Origin: Candidatus Moraniibacteriota bacterium
GTDB taxonomy: Bacteria > Patescibacteriota > Minisyncoccia > Moranbacterales > UBA1568
Length of the DNA: 64,000 nt
NCBI GenBank assembly: GCA_028688415.1
Contig: JAQTYF010000001.1
Coordinates: forward strand, 400,627-464,626
Reading direction: 5' to 3'
Positions 37,633-47,227 of the stretch are shown here, one piece after another (position 1 is the first letter of the stretch; each line of letters opens with the position of its first letter). The position numbers were made by a program, and so were the translations under genes. The notes beneath the pieces are model-generated. The model made no database searches and was not told where the DNA came from. It saw nothing but the letters and a program-made list of their open reading frames with translations.

Positions 37633-39108
37633 CTATAATGAAACAGCCTTGTTCTTTTTCACGAGAGTAAGCAATGTTTGTATGAGACCAAGCGTCAACC
37701 AAAAGAAAATGCTCGTGAGATTGGTTTCCAAATACGGTTGAGCGAGGAATACAACACCCTGATAACAGACAAGGGTGAGCAAAGCCATACGAAGCGCTTC
37801 GAGAAATGGGGATAAAAAAGATATCCGCCATATACGAGAAATCAAATCAAATAAAAATATACTAAGCACAACATATCCGAGTACTCCCATCTGAACAAGA
37901 AGTGCCAACCATGAATTGTGAATATTTCGTATCTCGACGAAATCTCGATACTCCCCTGATTCGACAGGTATCCGCACGCCAAATCCAGTACCAAAGAGCG
38001 GGTTCTCTGACAAAGCAGAAAAAGCACTGCTCCAAGTAGATCCACGCCATGAGATACTAGTATCCGCTGTGCTCCCGATAGACGTGAGACGCAGAGATAC
38101 GGTCTCTACAATAGACTGTACCCGGTGACCGATCGTACTTGTCGGTACGATAAGTGTCAGGAAGAATGCAGAGAACAATAAGACTGATGAAGAAATAAAC
38201 ACAACAAGAAACATTCTCTTCGTTCGTATTCGAAGTGTTCTATCAAACAAAAACACATACGAAAAGATGAGCGATACAAACATGCCGATCCACATATGAC
38301 GCATGAGTGACCCTACGATACCAAATATCCACAAAGCGAGTGCTATCCATAGGACCGCACGATACCGATACTGTTCCCAGAATGTCCCTGTGACAATCAT
38401 TCCGAGTACTGCGAGAGAAAAATAAAAGGCATGAGGAAAAGAGAGAAGACGAACACCTTCTGTCGAGAGCGGTGTGAATTCCGTCCACAACCCTTCCCCT
38501 CGTATCACACCGATGATGATGAATATAATACCAAGCACCACTGCGAACAAGAAATATTTCACCACTTGTTTGATATCAGATTCATTCTCTAGTATCAGTG
38601 GTAAAACGAAGAAAAGCACTCCATAAAACACATAGTTTTTCCATGTACTGAATGCTACTGAAATATCCTCTGTATTAAAACCAATGACGCTCTCAATAAA
38701 ATATATCGATGCCAAAACGAAGAAAAGAATGAGAAATACTGACACTCTGTCGAGAAAAAATCGAGCCTTGCCATATATCATTTTCGCCAACACTCCCACG
38801 TAAACTCCGAACAGAACAATATCGAGAGGGTACAGCTTGATCATCGATGTACCGAATTGAAATGATTCGAGTGTGAAGAAACGTTCAAAGAGAACAGTGA
38901 GGACAATAAGTGACAGCACTCCTGCTTTAGGACGGAGAAGCGAAAGAAAGAACAGTGGTATGGTCGCAAGAAGCATCAATCCTGGTACAAATCCGAATAC
39001 CCATCGTGTCAGAGCAATGAGAGAAAACGAAAGAATAATCAAAAACACCGATCGATCCGTATCAGTTATTTTTTCTTTGATAGTGCGGATGATAAGAGCA
39101 AAATCCAT
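37633..39108 (-). CDS. O-antigen ligase/Wzy-like polytopic membrane protein
   Basis: About 12 TMs, SISWR..TW, NPLFGTGFG, HNSWLALLVQMG. Confidence 0.85.
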   Translation of the reverse strand: MDFALIIRTIKEKITDTDRSVFLIILSFSLIALTRWVFGFVPGLMLLATIPLFFLSLLRPKAGVLSLIVLTVLFERFFTLESFQFGTSMIKLYPLDIVLFGVYVGVLAKMIYGKARFFLDRVSVFLILFFVLASIYFIESVIGFNTEDISVAFSTWKNYVFYGVLFFVLPLILENESDIKQVVKYFLFAVVLGIIFIIIGVIRGEGLWTEFTPLSTEGVRLLSFPHAFYFSLAVLGMIVTGTFWEQYRYRAVLWIALALWIFGIVGSLMRHMWIGMFVSLIFSYVFLFDRTLRIRTKRMFLVVFISSSVLLFSAFFLTLIVPTSTIGHRVQSIVETVSLRLTSIGSTADTSISWRGSTWSSAFSALSENPLFGTGFGVRIPVESGEYRDFVEIRNIHNSWLALLVQMGVLGYVVLSIFLFDLISRIWRISFLSPFLEALRMALLTLVCYQGVVFLAQPYLETNLTSIFFWLTLGLIQTLLTLVKKNKAVSL

Positions 39109-39299
39109 AGAGCAAGTATAATGTATTCTCTTCCATTCTTCTAGAAGAGAAAAAATGAGAAGAGAGACTGACCATTCGTATTGATACAAATATTATTCTT
39201 CCACGCTGGTGAAATACTAGTATCTATTCACTACGCTACTCTCCGAGAAAAAAGTGTGGCGGATTCTTCTGTTGTTCCAGAAAAATCCGCCGACTTCGT

Positions 39300-40196
39300 T
39301 TAGTACGGGACAGTCTGTTTTTTTCCACACAGCATCCCGTTTTTGATCGCCCCTTCGTACTGCATTTTCACGATACGGGCAATCATACCCTGGTACCCCC
39401 GCTTGAGTTCAGACTGTTCGTCCCAACCTTTGTCAGAAGCACCGGCAGACATGAGCACGTCAGAGGCTGCGCCCATCGCTGATGAGAACCAGTCGAGTGT
39501 TATCCCGAAGTGACCGTTGCCGATCAATTTCTCAGAAAAACTGAGCTCGGGGTTTTCACGAGCCACACCACGGACGAATTGCTCCGCAAGCGGTGTACGG
39601 ATGTCATACGGCAGTGCTTTCGTACGCACCGTATTCCATCCCGCGAATACTGACGAGAGTCCGCTCTTACCCTCTGTCGCGATTTTCTTCAGTCGCGAGA
39701 TGTCGGTACCACCAGCACGCACCATATCTCTCCGATAGGCGCTATCGGAAGTGAGTTTTTCTGGTCTCTCGAGAGTGATCTCATCACCGTAGAGGCTCCA
39801 GAGTCTCGTCATCCGCGTGTCGGCAAATGCTCCCACCACTGGTTCGTCAATATTTCCTTCGACGATGAATACCAAACGGAGAGCACACTCGGCATAGCCG
39901 GTGTAGAGCGCCTGAGCCGGATACTCTTTTCCAGTCGTCACGCCAAACGCAATTGCGTTGTAGCGCATCCGCAGTGGGTGCATTTCTGCCATCAGTGCAT
40001 CAGGGAAATTCCCGAGCACAGCAGAGAACCGTCCAGAACGGATAGCTTCTGTTTCCCTAATCCCAATAAAACTAATCGGGTCGAGGGAGACTTCCGTTTT
40101 CGCTCCGAATTCATTCGCGACTGCCATGGTGTTACCACCGAGCGTCGCACAGCCTGTCAGCAGAAGTGCCAACAAGAAAAGTATGATTCGCATCAT
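39300..40196 (-). CDS. Putative lipoprotein
   Basis: Lipobox MMRIILFLLALLLTG|C; AGGAG SD; GC-richer. Confidence 0.75.
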   Translation of the reverse strand: MMRIILFLLALLLTGCATLGGNTMAVANEFGAKTEVSLDPISFIGIRETEAIRSGRFSAVLGNFPDALMAEMHPLRMRYNAIAFGVTTGKEYPAQALYTGYAECALRLVFIVEGNIDEPVVGAFADTRMTRLWSLYGDEITLERPEKLTSDSAYRRDMVRAGGTDISRLKKIATEGKSGLSSVFAGWNTVRTKALPYDIRTPLAEQFVRGVARENPELSFSEKLIGNGHFGITLDWFSSAMGAASDVLMSAGASDKGWDEQSELKRGYQGMIARIVKMQYEGAIKNGMLCGKKQTVPY

Positions 40197-40333
40197 GTGA
40201 TAACTCCTGTAAAATTGAAAGGTACTCTCTGTTTTCGGGATCATTTCTGATACCGCGGGTAGAAGAATGAATCATCACTGTTCCGCCCGCCGTACCACAA
40301 AATCCTGTTTTTTCTCTCCTTTGATAACTGTAT

Positions 40334-40362
40334 ATTATACTCTATTTCAACAGAAAAGTCAA
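40334..40362 (-). promoter_or_regulatory. Sigma70 promoter of the lipoprotein gene
   Basis: TTGACT-17 nt-TATAAT on the minus strand. Confidence 0.75.
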
Positions 40363-40428
40363 GAGCCCACAGATTCCAGTTGGAAAATGTGGGCTCTTTT
40401 TTGGCGATGTTTCTCGCCCATTGTGGGG

Positions 40429-40797
40429 TTACTGCGATTCGAGAGCGCAGCCGTTTTTATTGGTGCATTCGGTCACCACACCTGACAATGTGTAGGGATT
40501 GCCAGCCGGGGTAATCAGTAACCAACGACCACTGGCGTCCTTGACCTGGAACCGGCCACCGTTCTCGGAGACCTTGGACAAGACGCCGACGCCGTCCTTC
40601 ATGGCGATCGGCCGTATTCCTTGGTTCTGGAAATGGACCAAGGTTTTTGCTGGAATACCCGCGACCGTGATGGTCACGTCGTCGCCCGCTTTCGTGGCCG
40701 TGATCGTACCCCCCGAAACGGCGAAGGTTTTGGCAGAAGTCAGGCCAGCGAATGCAACCAAGGCGGTTGCGAGGGAGAGGGAAAGAACTTTGTGCAT
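40429..40797 (-). CDS. Small secreted beta-rich protein
   Basis: Signal peptide MHKVLSLSLATALVAFAGLTSA; C-terminal Cys pair; AGGAGG SD; downstream terminator hairpin (about 40361-40402). Confidence 0.75.
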   Translation of the reverse strand: MHKVLSLSLATALVAFAGLTSAKTFAVSGGTITATKAGDDVTITVAGIPAKTLVHFQNQGIRPIAMKDGVGVLSKVSENGGRFQVKDASGRWLLITPAGNPYTLSGVVTECTNKNGCALESQ

Positions 40798-40877
40798 GGT
40801 AACCTCCTAGGTTGCACGTTTTGATTCATTGAGTGTGGACACTCAACGGCCCGCAAAACAATTTTTGAGGACTTTCC

Positions 40878-40906
40878 ATATTACACCAAAACAAACGTTT
40901 TGTCAA
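40878..40906 (-). promoter_or_regulatory. Sigma70 promoter of the 40797 gene
   Basis: TTGACA-17 nt-TAATAT on the minus strand. Confidence 0.65.
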
Positions 40907-41127
40907 TAGCTAAAAAATGCCTTAGTATCAGCCTTCTTTTCTCTACAACAAGTAAATGAAAATAAATAAAGCAAAAGGGACGGTCACACATTGTGTAAAC
41001 GTCCCTTGTTGTCATTTTCGAAGCACACTTTTTCTTCACGCCAGGCCTGATATCTCGTATGTTTTCACATTGACGGATACACTTTTTATACACCTTGGAT
41101 CAGAATCAAAAGTTTTGCCAAACCACC

Positions 41128-42636
41128 TTATTCGGGTGGACTAGAGGAAGCTTCCATTATGGCAGAGATGAAGTCAAGTTGACCATCCCTGCTCTTGGCA
41201 TCAGCTTCGCGGACCTTGCCACCGAGCTCAACACGTACGAACGCGCCGACAGTGGTCAGGTCTCCGGAAGTGAGTGGCTGATTCAGATGGCTGATGCCCA
41301 AAGGTACACTCAGCTGTGGACCAAACATCAGCCACTTGTCGTACCGTACTTCGTACGTCGCCTTGAGCCAATGCTGTTCGTCCCAGTTGGTGAACGCCCA
41401 ACCGCCGATCAACCGTTGACGCCACTTGTCATCATCTGAGAGCTTCGTTTCATAGAAGCCAGACAGACTGACGGAGCCACGGTCTTGGACGGGTTGTCCT
41501 GCCCAGGTCGAGCTGACGCTCTGACCGAAGGACTTCCAATATTCACCTACGATACCAGCGAGGTCGCCCTCTTTGTTCAACCGTTCGGTGTAGCCCGCGT
41601 ACGCACCCAACTTGTACCCATTCTGAGTAAAGCTGTAACCTGACTCAGGATTTTCACCCCAAGACTTGTCACGGAGCAAACGGAGTTTCAGATCGAATGT
41701 CGTGAGACGGTTCCGATCGTTCACCCAATTTTTCTGGGCACCAAATTGAACGCCGTAACCGAGTTCCTGCCCGTGGTAAGCAGAGGTGAGTGAATCGCCA
41801 CTGCCATACATAGCGTAGAGCCCGGGACCGGCTTGCCATTCACCATTCTGCCAGATGTAGCAAATGGTTTCGCCGTAGAGCCACTGGCCTTGATAGACCT
41901 GATTGGCATGGACGCCGGCACCGGCTTGAGCCTCACAACGTGGCTTGCCTGCTACTTCTGCAGGGGTCACATGAAACGGAGCAATAATCTCCGGCTCTGC
42001 AACAGGCACTTCTTTGGGAGGTACCATGATCACTGGTGGAGTCGACACTACGGGAGTATCGAGCACCCAGTTGTTGCAGTTCCTCACCCAGTGAAGTTTC
42101 CTTCCTGTAGTGAGGACATACGTCCGAGCCAGTACGACCACCGAGCCAGGAGCCCATGCAGTGATGACATTGTGCTTGAACGACACGGAGCCATTCTTGC
42201 AAAATGCCACTGCCTCATAACGTTCCCCTGGTTGGATGAACGTGTTGCGATGTTCACGACGAGTGATCATCGCATGGAGGTCCTGTTTCTCACTCTCTGT
42301 GAGACCCAGACTCATCCACGCCTCTTCGTTTAGAACGTTTGCGGATTTGCCACCACAATTTGTGAGTGGAGCACCGCCGACATGTGTCCAGCGAAACTCT
42401 GCTGGCGACTTGTTCACAGTTTTGACACTGCGCACAGGTACGCTGAGCTCGAGGCGTTGTCCGACAAAAATCTTGGAGCAGTCTCGCAGGCTATTCGCCA
42501 GACAGACCGCTTTCCAATTTTTTCCAGCCACCTTGCTCAATGTATCACCGGCTTTCACCGTATACACTTCCGCATTCGCCGTTCCGAAGAAGGCAAACAG
42601 TACCACCAAGAAGGTGGCGATCATTTTAATGATCAT
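41128..42636 (-). CDS. Secreted LysM-domain protein with C-terminal beta-barrel-like domain
   Basis: Signal peptide, LysM (YTVKAGDTLSKVA...IFVGQRLEL), Pro-rich linker, then alternating aromatic/Gly beta-strand pattern. Confidence 0.75.
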   Translation of the reverse strand: MIIKMIATFLVVLFAFFGTANAEVYTVKAGDTLSKVAGKNWKAVCLANSLRDCSKIFVGQRLELSVPVRSVKTVNKSPAEFRWTHVGGAPLTNCGGKSANVLNEEAWMSLGLTESEKQDLHAMITRREHRNTFIQPGERYEAVAFCKNGSVSFKHNVITAWAPGSVVVLARTYVLTTGRKLHWVRNCNNWVLDTPVVSTPPVIMVPPKEVPVAEPEIIAPFHVTPAEVAGKPRCEAQAGAGVHANQVYQGQWLYGETICYIWQNGEWQAGPGLYAMYGSGDSLTSAYHGQELGYGVQFGAQKNWVNDRNRLTTFDLKLRLLRDKSWGENPESGYSFTQNGYKLGAYAGYTERLNKEGDLAGIVGEYWKSFGQSVSSTWAGQPVQDRGSVSLSGFYETKLSDDDKWRQRLIGGWAFTNWDEQHWLKATYEVRYDKWLMFGPQLSVPLGISHLNQPLTSGDLTTVGAFVRVELGGKVREADAKSRDGQLDFISAIMEASSSPPE

Positions 42637-42804
42637 GATGCACTCCTTTGTTGGTTGATTGAAAAATAGGTCACCGCAAGGCGACCCGACCTGAGTTGCT
42701 TCACGGCACACCTCCTGTTGTTAAAAAACCACCTTGATAATCCGAAATAGACTATCTCAACTGCTTTTGATTTCTTATTTCAAAAACAGCATGACATATT
42801 CCAT

Positions 42805-43443
42805 TTACTGAAGAGAATTTCCAGAACGAAATTCTTCTTCGATGAGACGCACAGTAAGAGTAAGAAAGAATCCAAGTACGAGTCCAACAAGGGCAATAAG
42901 AGAAAGTTTATATGCTGAAGGATTGGCCTCAATGATCGGTCCAGAAAGTAACCTCACACTCACCTTGTCACTACCAACTCCGAAAAGACTCTCACTTTTT
43001 TCCGTAAGAACAATCGTAATTGCTTGAGATACTCTGGAAACTTCGCGTTCACTCGATCCCGAAAGAACAACCTTCATAAAACCAAGTTCTGGATTTTTCT
43101 TCACTTCAAGCATTTTGGACCATTTTTCGAGACGATTTTTCTTATCTTTTGGCAAGAGATTTGCATCAATGCCTCCTGTCTCAACGACTGCATCGATGAA
43201 ACTTTCAGCATACAAAATCTCGCCTAAGACACGACTCATATATTCCGCGGAACGTGTCGCAGTATAATAATCCTGACCGTCCTGTGTCGATGAAATCATA
43301 AAATCGGCACTCGATTGATATGGGGCCTGCAAAACAAATGTTCCAACAATGCCAACCAAAGCAAAAAGTGTACCAAGAAACAACCCTCGAGAGAGGCTTT
43401 CTTTGACAAGTGTCCACAATCCTTTTTTTCGAAGAAAATTCAT
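42805..43443 (-). CDS. CpsC/Wzz-like polysaccharide chain-length determinant
   Basis: Two TMs, P.YQSSADF, C-terminal P..NP..TM with G...G motif. Confidence 0.7.
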   Translation of the reverse strand: MNFLRKKGLWTLVKESLSRGLFLGTLFALVGIVGTFVLQAPYQSSADFMISSTQDGQDYYTATRSAEYMSRVLGEILYAESFIDAVVETGGIDANLLPKDKKNRLEKWSKMLEVKKNPELGFMKVVLSGSSEREVSRVSQAITIVLTEKSESLFGVGSDKVSVRLLSGPIIEANPSAYKLSLIALVGLVLGFFLTLTVRLIEEEFRSGNSLQ

Positions 43444-43571
43444 ACTATGAAATATATCTTTTAATAACTGCTTATTGTACCAAGAAATATCGAAAATGTC
43501 AAGTCTATAAAACAAATAAACCCTCTGCTAAAGGGTTTATTGCATCAATAAAGGTATTCTTCAGATGACTT

Positions 43572-44723
43572 CTACGAGAAAAGAGCACCAATTTTCTCTA
43601 AAATACGAAAGTTGGAGAAATCTTTGATAGTGATGAAGAGCATAAGAAGGAGGAGGAGAATAAATCCCACTTGATGAATCATCCCTTCTGTCCGACGACT
43701 CACAGGCGTTCCTTTCAATTTTTCGATGAGAACAAAAAGTATTCGTCCGCCATCGAGAGCAGGAATAGGCAGGATGTTTATAATACCGAGATTGATAGAG
43801 AGAAGCGCTGCAAACTGGAGTAGGTAAGAAATACCGAGATCGCTCATCTGTTTCGTCAGATATACGATACCTACTGGACCAGTCACATCAACTGGAGCAC
43901 CCGTCTGCTCACCGAAAAGTCCCGCTATCATTGTACCAAACGCCTGCAAGATAGCGACGGTTATATTGTATGTTGCTTCAAGTCCGTGCCAGAAAGCGAG
44001 GTACCACGGATAAGCAATGACTGCTGTTTCTGAAAAAGAAATACCGAGACTCCCTTCGGTAGGAGGGTAATCCGTCCGAGGCGTTCCTGAAAGAGTCATA
44101 TCTGTACCGAGACGATTGATCGTCATCTCAATATTTTTTCCTTTATTTTTTTGGATGATATCAGTCACTTGCGCAAGCGATGAGATATGCTCCCCTGCAA
44201 TCGAAAGTACTTCATCTCCGAGTTGGAGTCCCATTGCTTCTGCTGGTGTCCCTTTCTTTACTTCAAGAATCTGAATTTTAGCATCCGGATATTGCGTACG
44301 ATCTGAAGGATCGATAGGCTGTGCCGATCCGAGCATAAACACGATAGAAATCAGTACCCACGCAAGAACAAAGTTCATGAAAACTCCTGCGCCAAGTACC
44401 TTCACGCGTATCCATGCTGGCTTGGAACCAAAACTGTCTTGTTCTTGATTCTGACCATCTTCGCCCTTGATTTTCACAAAACCACCAAGCGGTAGCCAAT
44501 TGAAAGAGTAGACGGTATGAGGGCTCTCCACTTCCTTGCTTCCCCAAATTATTTTGTAGCGTCCTGTGGCATCATCCTTCACTACTCCAAACATCCGTGG
44601 AGGGAAACCGAAACCAAACTCATCAGCTTTGATACCATTACGACGAGCCACAATGAAATGACCAAGTTCATGAACAAGCACGAGAGATCCGAGTACAACG
44701 AGAAAAATGAGGGCGGTAAGCAT
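43572..44723 (-). CDS. rseP: Site-2 intramembrane metalloprotease RseP
   Basis: HELGH, PLGGFVKI, PDZ domain, NILPIPALDGG. Confidence 0.95.
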   Translation of the reverse strand: MLTALIFLVVLGSLVLVHELGHFIVARRNGIKADEFGFGFPPRMFGVVKDDATGRYKIIWGSKEVESPHTVYSFNWLPLGGFVKIKGEDGQNQEQDSFGSKPAWIRVKVLGAGVFMNFVLAWVLISIVFMLGSAQPIDPSDRTQYPDAKIQILEVKKGTPAEAMGLQLGDEVLSIAGEHISSLAQVTDIIQKNKGKNIEMTINRLGTDMTLSGTPRTDYPPTEGSLGISFSETAVIAYPWYLAFWHGLEATYNITVAILQAFGTMIAGLFGEQTGAPVDVTGPVGIVYLTKQMSDLGISYLLQFAALLSINLGIINILPIPALDGGRILFVLIEKLKGTPVSRRTEGMIHQVGFILLLLLMLFITIKDFSNFRILEKIGALFS

Positions 44724-44764
44724 AAATAAATTAATTAAAAAAATTTGAAATTTATATTTTAAAA

Positions 44765-45322
44765 TTATACTGTGAGTATGTCTTTCTCTTTTTTCTCACG
44801 GATGTCTTCGAGTTTCTGATTATATTCATCCACCACTTTCTGTAATTCATCTTTTCCTTGAAATTTATCATCCTCAGATATTTCACCAGATTTTTCTTTA
44901 TCCTGGATATCTTTCCAGATACCCTCACGAACGGTACGGATAGCAATACGACCTTCTTCGGCTTTGGCGTTGAGCGTTTTGACAAAATCATGACGACGAT
45001 CTTCGGTGAGTGCAGGAAGGGTGATACGGAGGGCGACGCCATCGTTATTTGGATTGAGTCCGAGATCAGACTCACGGAAAGCAGCCTCAATCAGTGCCAA
45101 ACTTCCTTTGTCCCACGGCTGAATGAGGATTTGTCTCGCCTCTGGTATCATAATATTTGCTATTTGCTTGAGAGGTGTCTTTGTACCATAATAATCCACC
45201 ATCAGATTTTCGACGAGACTCGGCTGAGCTCTGCCGGTGCGGATCTTGGATGATTCATTAGCAAAATGTTCGACAGCATTTTCGAAATTCGGTATTTCCA
45301 CAGCAATCAATTCTTTGATCAT
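44765..45322 (-). CDS. frr: Ribosome recycling factor
   Basis: IRTGRA, DYYGTKTPL, QPWD, LGLNP. Confidence 0.97.
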   Translation of the reverse strand: MIKELIAVEIPNFENAVEHFANESSKIRTGRAQPSLVENLMVDYYGTKTPLKQIANIMIPEARQILIQPWDKGSLALIEAAFRESDLGLNPNNDGVALRITLPALTEDRRHDFVKTLNAKAEEGRIAIRTVREGIWKDIQDKEKSGEISEDDKFQGKDELQKVVDEYNQKLEDIREKKEKDILTV

Positions 45323-45343
45323 AGTTATATGGATAAAAAATAA

Positions 45344-46561
45344 TTATTTGAAATTACGAAGACCCAGAAATAAATACTGCGAATCAAATGGATCGTATGT
45401 GACAAACGATGCTCCTCGATCGACATTGAGTCCTGTCGTCATCCATGTTGCTCCATCGTCGACAGATTTATAGAATGCTTTTCCTGCAACAAAGACAATT
45501 TCTTTCGAATTCTTCGGATTGACAGCAATCGAACGAATTGAAAACTTTTTTGCACTTTCAATAATATTGATTTCGTCCCAATATTTCCCGAACGTTGTAC
45601 TGCGGAAAAATCCTCTGCTCGTACCAGCATAAATGACACCTGATCGTGTCGGATCGGGCATGATAGAAACAATACCACTCGGAACTTTATTTTTCTGATT
45701 ACGTTCATTCAAGGTGGATATCTGCTTCTGTAATCGCGTCACTTCTGCTTTATTATCACTTATTTGTGCTTTACGCATTTTTTCTTGGAGAACATCTACT
45801 TCTTTTCGTTTCAGATCTTCCCAATCATTCCACTTGATACCTCCATCGGAAGAATAATAGAGTGTTTTCCCAAAAACGAGCAGATATGTCGTGAAGTTTT
45901 GTTCTGCATCAAAAGCGATATCTGCTACCAAACCGTTGATAGCGTTTCCGACATTCTTCCAGGTCTCTCCACTATCCACACTCTTCACCACTGTTCCAGC
46001 TGCCGTTCCAGCAAAGATGACGTTTCGATCACGAAAATGCTGAGAAAGAGCAGTGACCGCGGTCTGTTGTCCTGGTTCAGTATAGACATCTTTCCATGTC
46101 GTACCTCCATCGTCTGTACGAAATATCTTCCCCCAATCATTGACCATACCAGAAGCAAACATTCGATTATCAGGGTCATTCTTATCGAGAATGAAACTAT
46201 AGATTCTCTTCGGAGGAAAAGGAATGTTCATCCATTGCTCACCATTATTTTCTGTTTTGAAAATACCATTATCGACAGAACTCACATAGATTGTCCCTGG
46301 TTGTCGTGGATGATAGGCGATAGAAAGGATATCAGATTTCGTGATACTTGTTTTCTCATCAATCTGTGATTTGGGAACAAAGTTTTTTCCTCCATCCTCT
46401 GTCTTCCAGAGACTCCCTGGAAGGGCTTTGGTGACAAACGCACTATCCTCTGTGACGACAGGCTCAGTATTGGTATTCGGAGCTGGTCTATTCATACTCG
46501 GAAGCGAACAACCAGACAAAAATATTGAACTTATAAGCACTCCAAAAATCCTTTTTTTCAT
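45344..46561 (-). CDS. Lipoprotein with BNR/Asp-box beta-propeller (Ycf48/sortilin-like)
   Basis: Lipobox LSG|C; repeated S/T-x-D-G-G-x-T-W Asp boxes. Confidence 0.85.
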   Translation of the reverse strand: MKKRIFGVLISSIFLSGCSLPSMNRPAPNTNTEPVVTEDSAFVTKALPGSLWKTEDGGKNFVPKSQIDEKTSITKSDILSIAYHPRQPGTIYVSSVDNGIFKTENNGEQWMNIPFPPKRIYSFILDKNDPDNRMFASGMVNDWGKIFRTDDGGTTWKDVYTEPGQQTAVTALSQHFRDRNVIFAGTAAGTVVKSVDSGETWKNVGNAINGLVADIAFDAEQNFTTYLLVFGKTLYYSSDGGIKWNDWEDLKRKEVDVLQEKMRKAQISDNKAEVTRLQKQISTLNERNQKNKVPSGIVSIMPDPTRSGVIYAGTSRGFFRSTTFGKYWDEINIIESAKKFSIRSIAVNPKNSKEIVFVAGKAFYKSVDDGATWMTTGLNVDRGASFVTYDPFDSQYLFLGLRNFK

Positions 46562-46619
46562 AATATAAAGAGAAAGATAATACCCATTCAGTATAGCATA
46601 TTTTCTCTCAGACGTATTT

Positions 46620-46841
46620 TCTCAAAAAAAATCAAACTCCTGATGAAAGAGTTTGATATGTGTTGGTGGGTGCGGGGGGAATCCTCATCGCTCCGACTCA
46701 GAGCCGGGGCGCTACACACAGAATGCTCGCTCGCTCACATTCTACTCACGCCCTTCGATTCCCCTATAAGAAAAAAGTCTCAAAAAAAATCAAACTCCTG
46801 ATGAAAGAGTTTGATATGTGTTGGTGGGTGCGGGGGGAATC
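46620..46841. repeat. 64-bp perfect direct repeat containing the tRNA-Lys 3' end and its terminator
   Basis: 46620-46683 is identical to 46778-46841. Confidence 0.9.
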
Positions 46842-46897
46842 GAACCCTCGACCGTTGGCTTAAAAGGCCACTGCTCTACCGACTGAGCTACGCACCC
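46822..46897 (-). tRNA. tRNA-Lys(TTT)
   Basis: GGGTGCG/CGCACCC acceptor, anticodon loop CTTTTAA, GGTTCGATTC, encoded CCA. Confidence 0.96.
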
Positions 46898-46993
46898 ATT
46901 CATAAAAAGACGTTCTATAAAACGCAATACGATTGTAACAAGGAAAATCTTTATCGTCAACAAGAGATCCTTTCATCTTATTGCCAAATCATC

Positions 46994-47166
46994 AAAAGCC
47001 AATTTTTCATCATCGTTCCACCTCCTGTCTGCCGACAGGCAGGCTCACAAGAGCTCTCAGTAAAACGAAAAAAGAAGCCTCCAATCAACACACTCTTAGC
47101 TTCTTTTTTCGATCTGAGAGCTCTTGCTCAGTCAGTGTGGAAAGGATGTTGAAAAAATTCTTTTGA
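46994..47166. repeat. Long-hairpin repeat, copy A (carries a 20-bp palindrome insertion at 47024-47043)
   Basis: Near-identical to 57935-58086; nested inverted arms. Confidence 0.9.
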
Positions 47167-47227
47167 TAAATTGGCCAGATCCACTACAAAGAATTTATAC
47201 TTCAAAATGGGATTGGAGAAACAATTA

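Noticed and set aside
46620-46841. Direct repeats as a CRISPR array
   Set aside because: Only two 64-bp copies, derived from the tRNA end, and no cas genes
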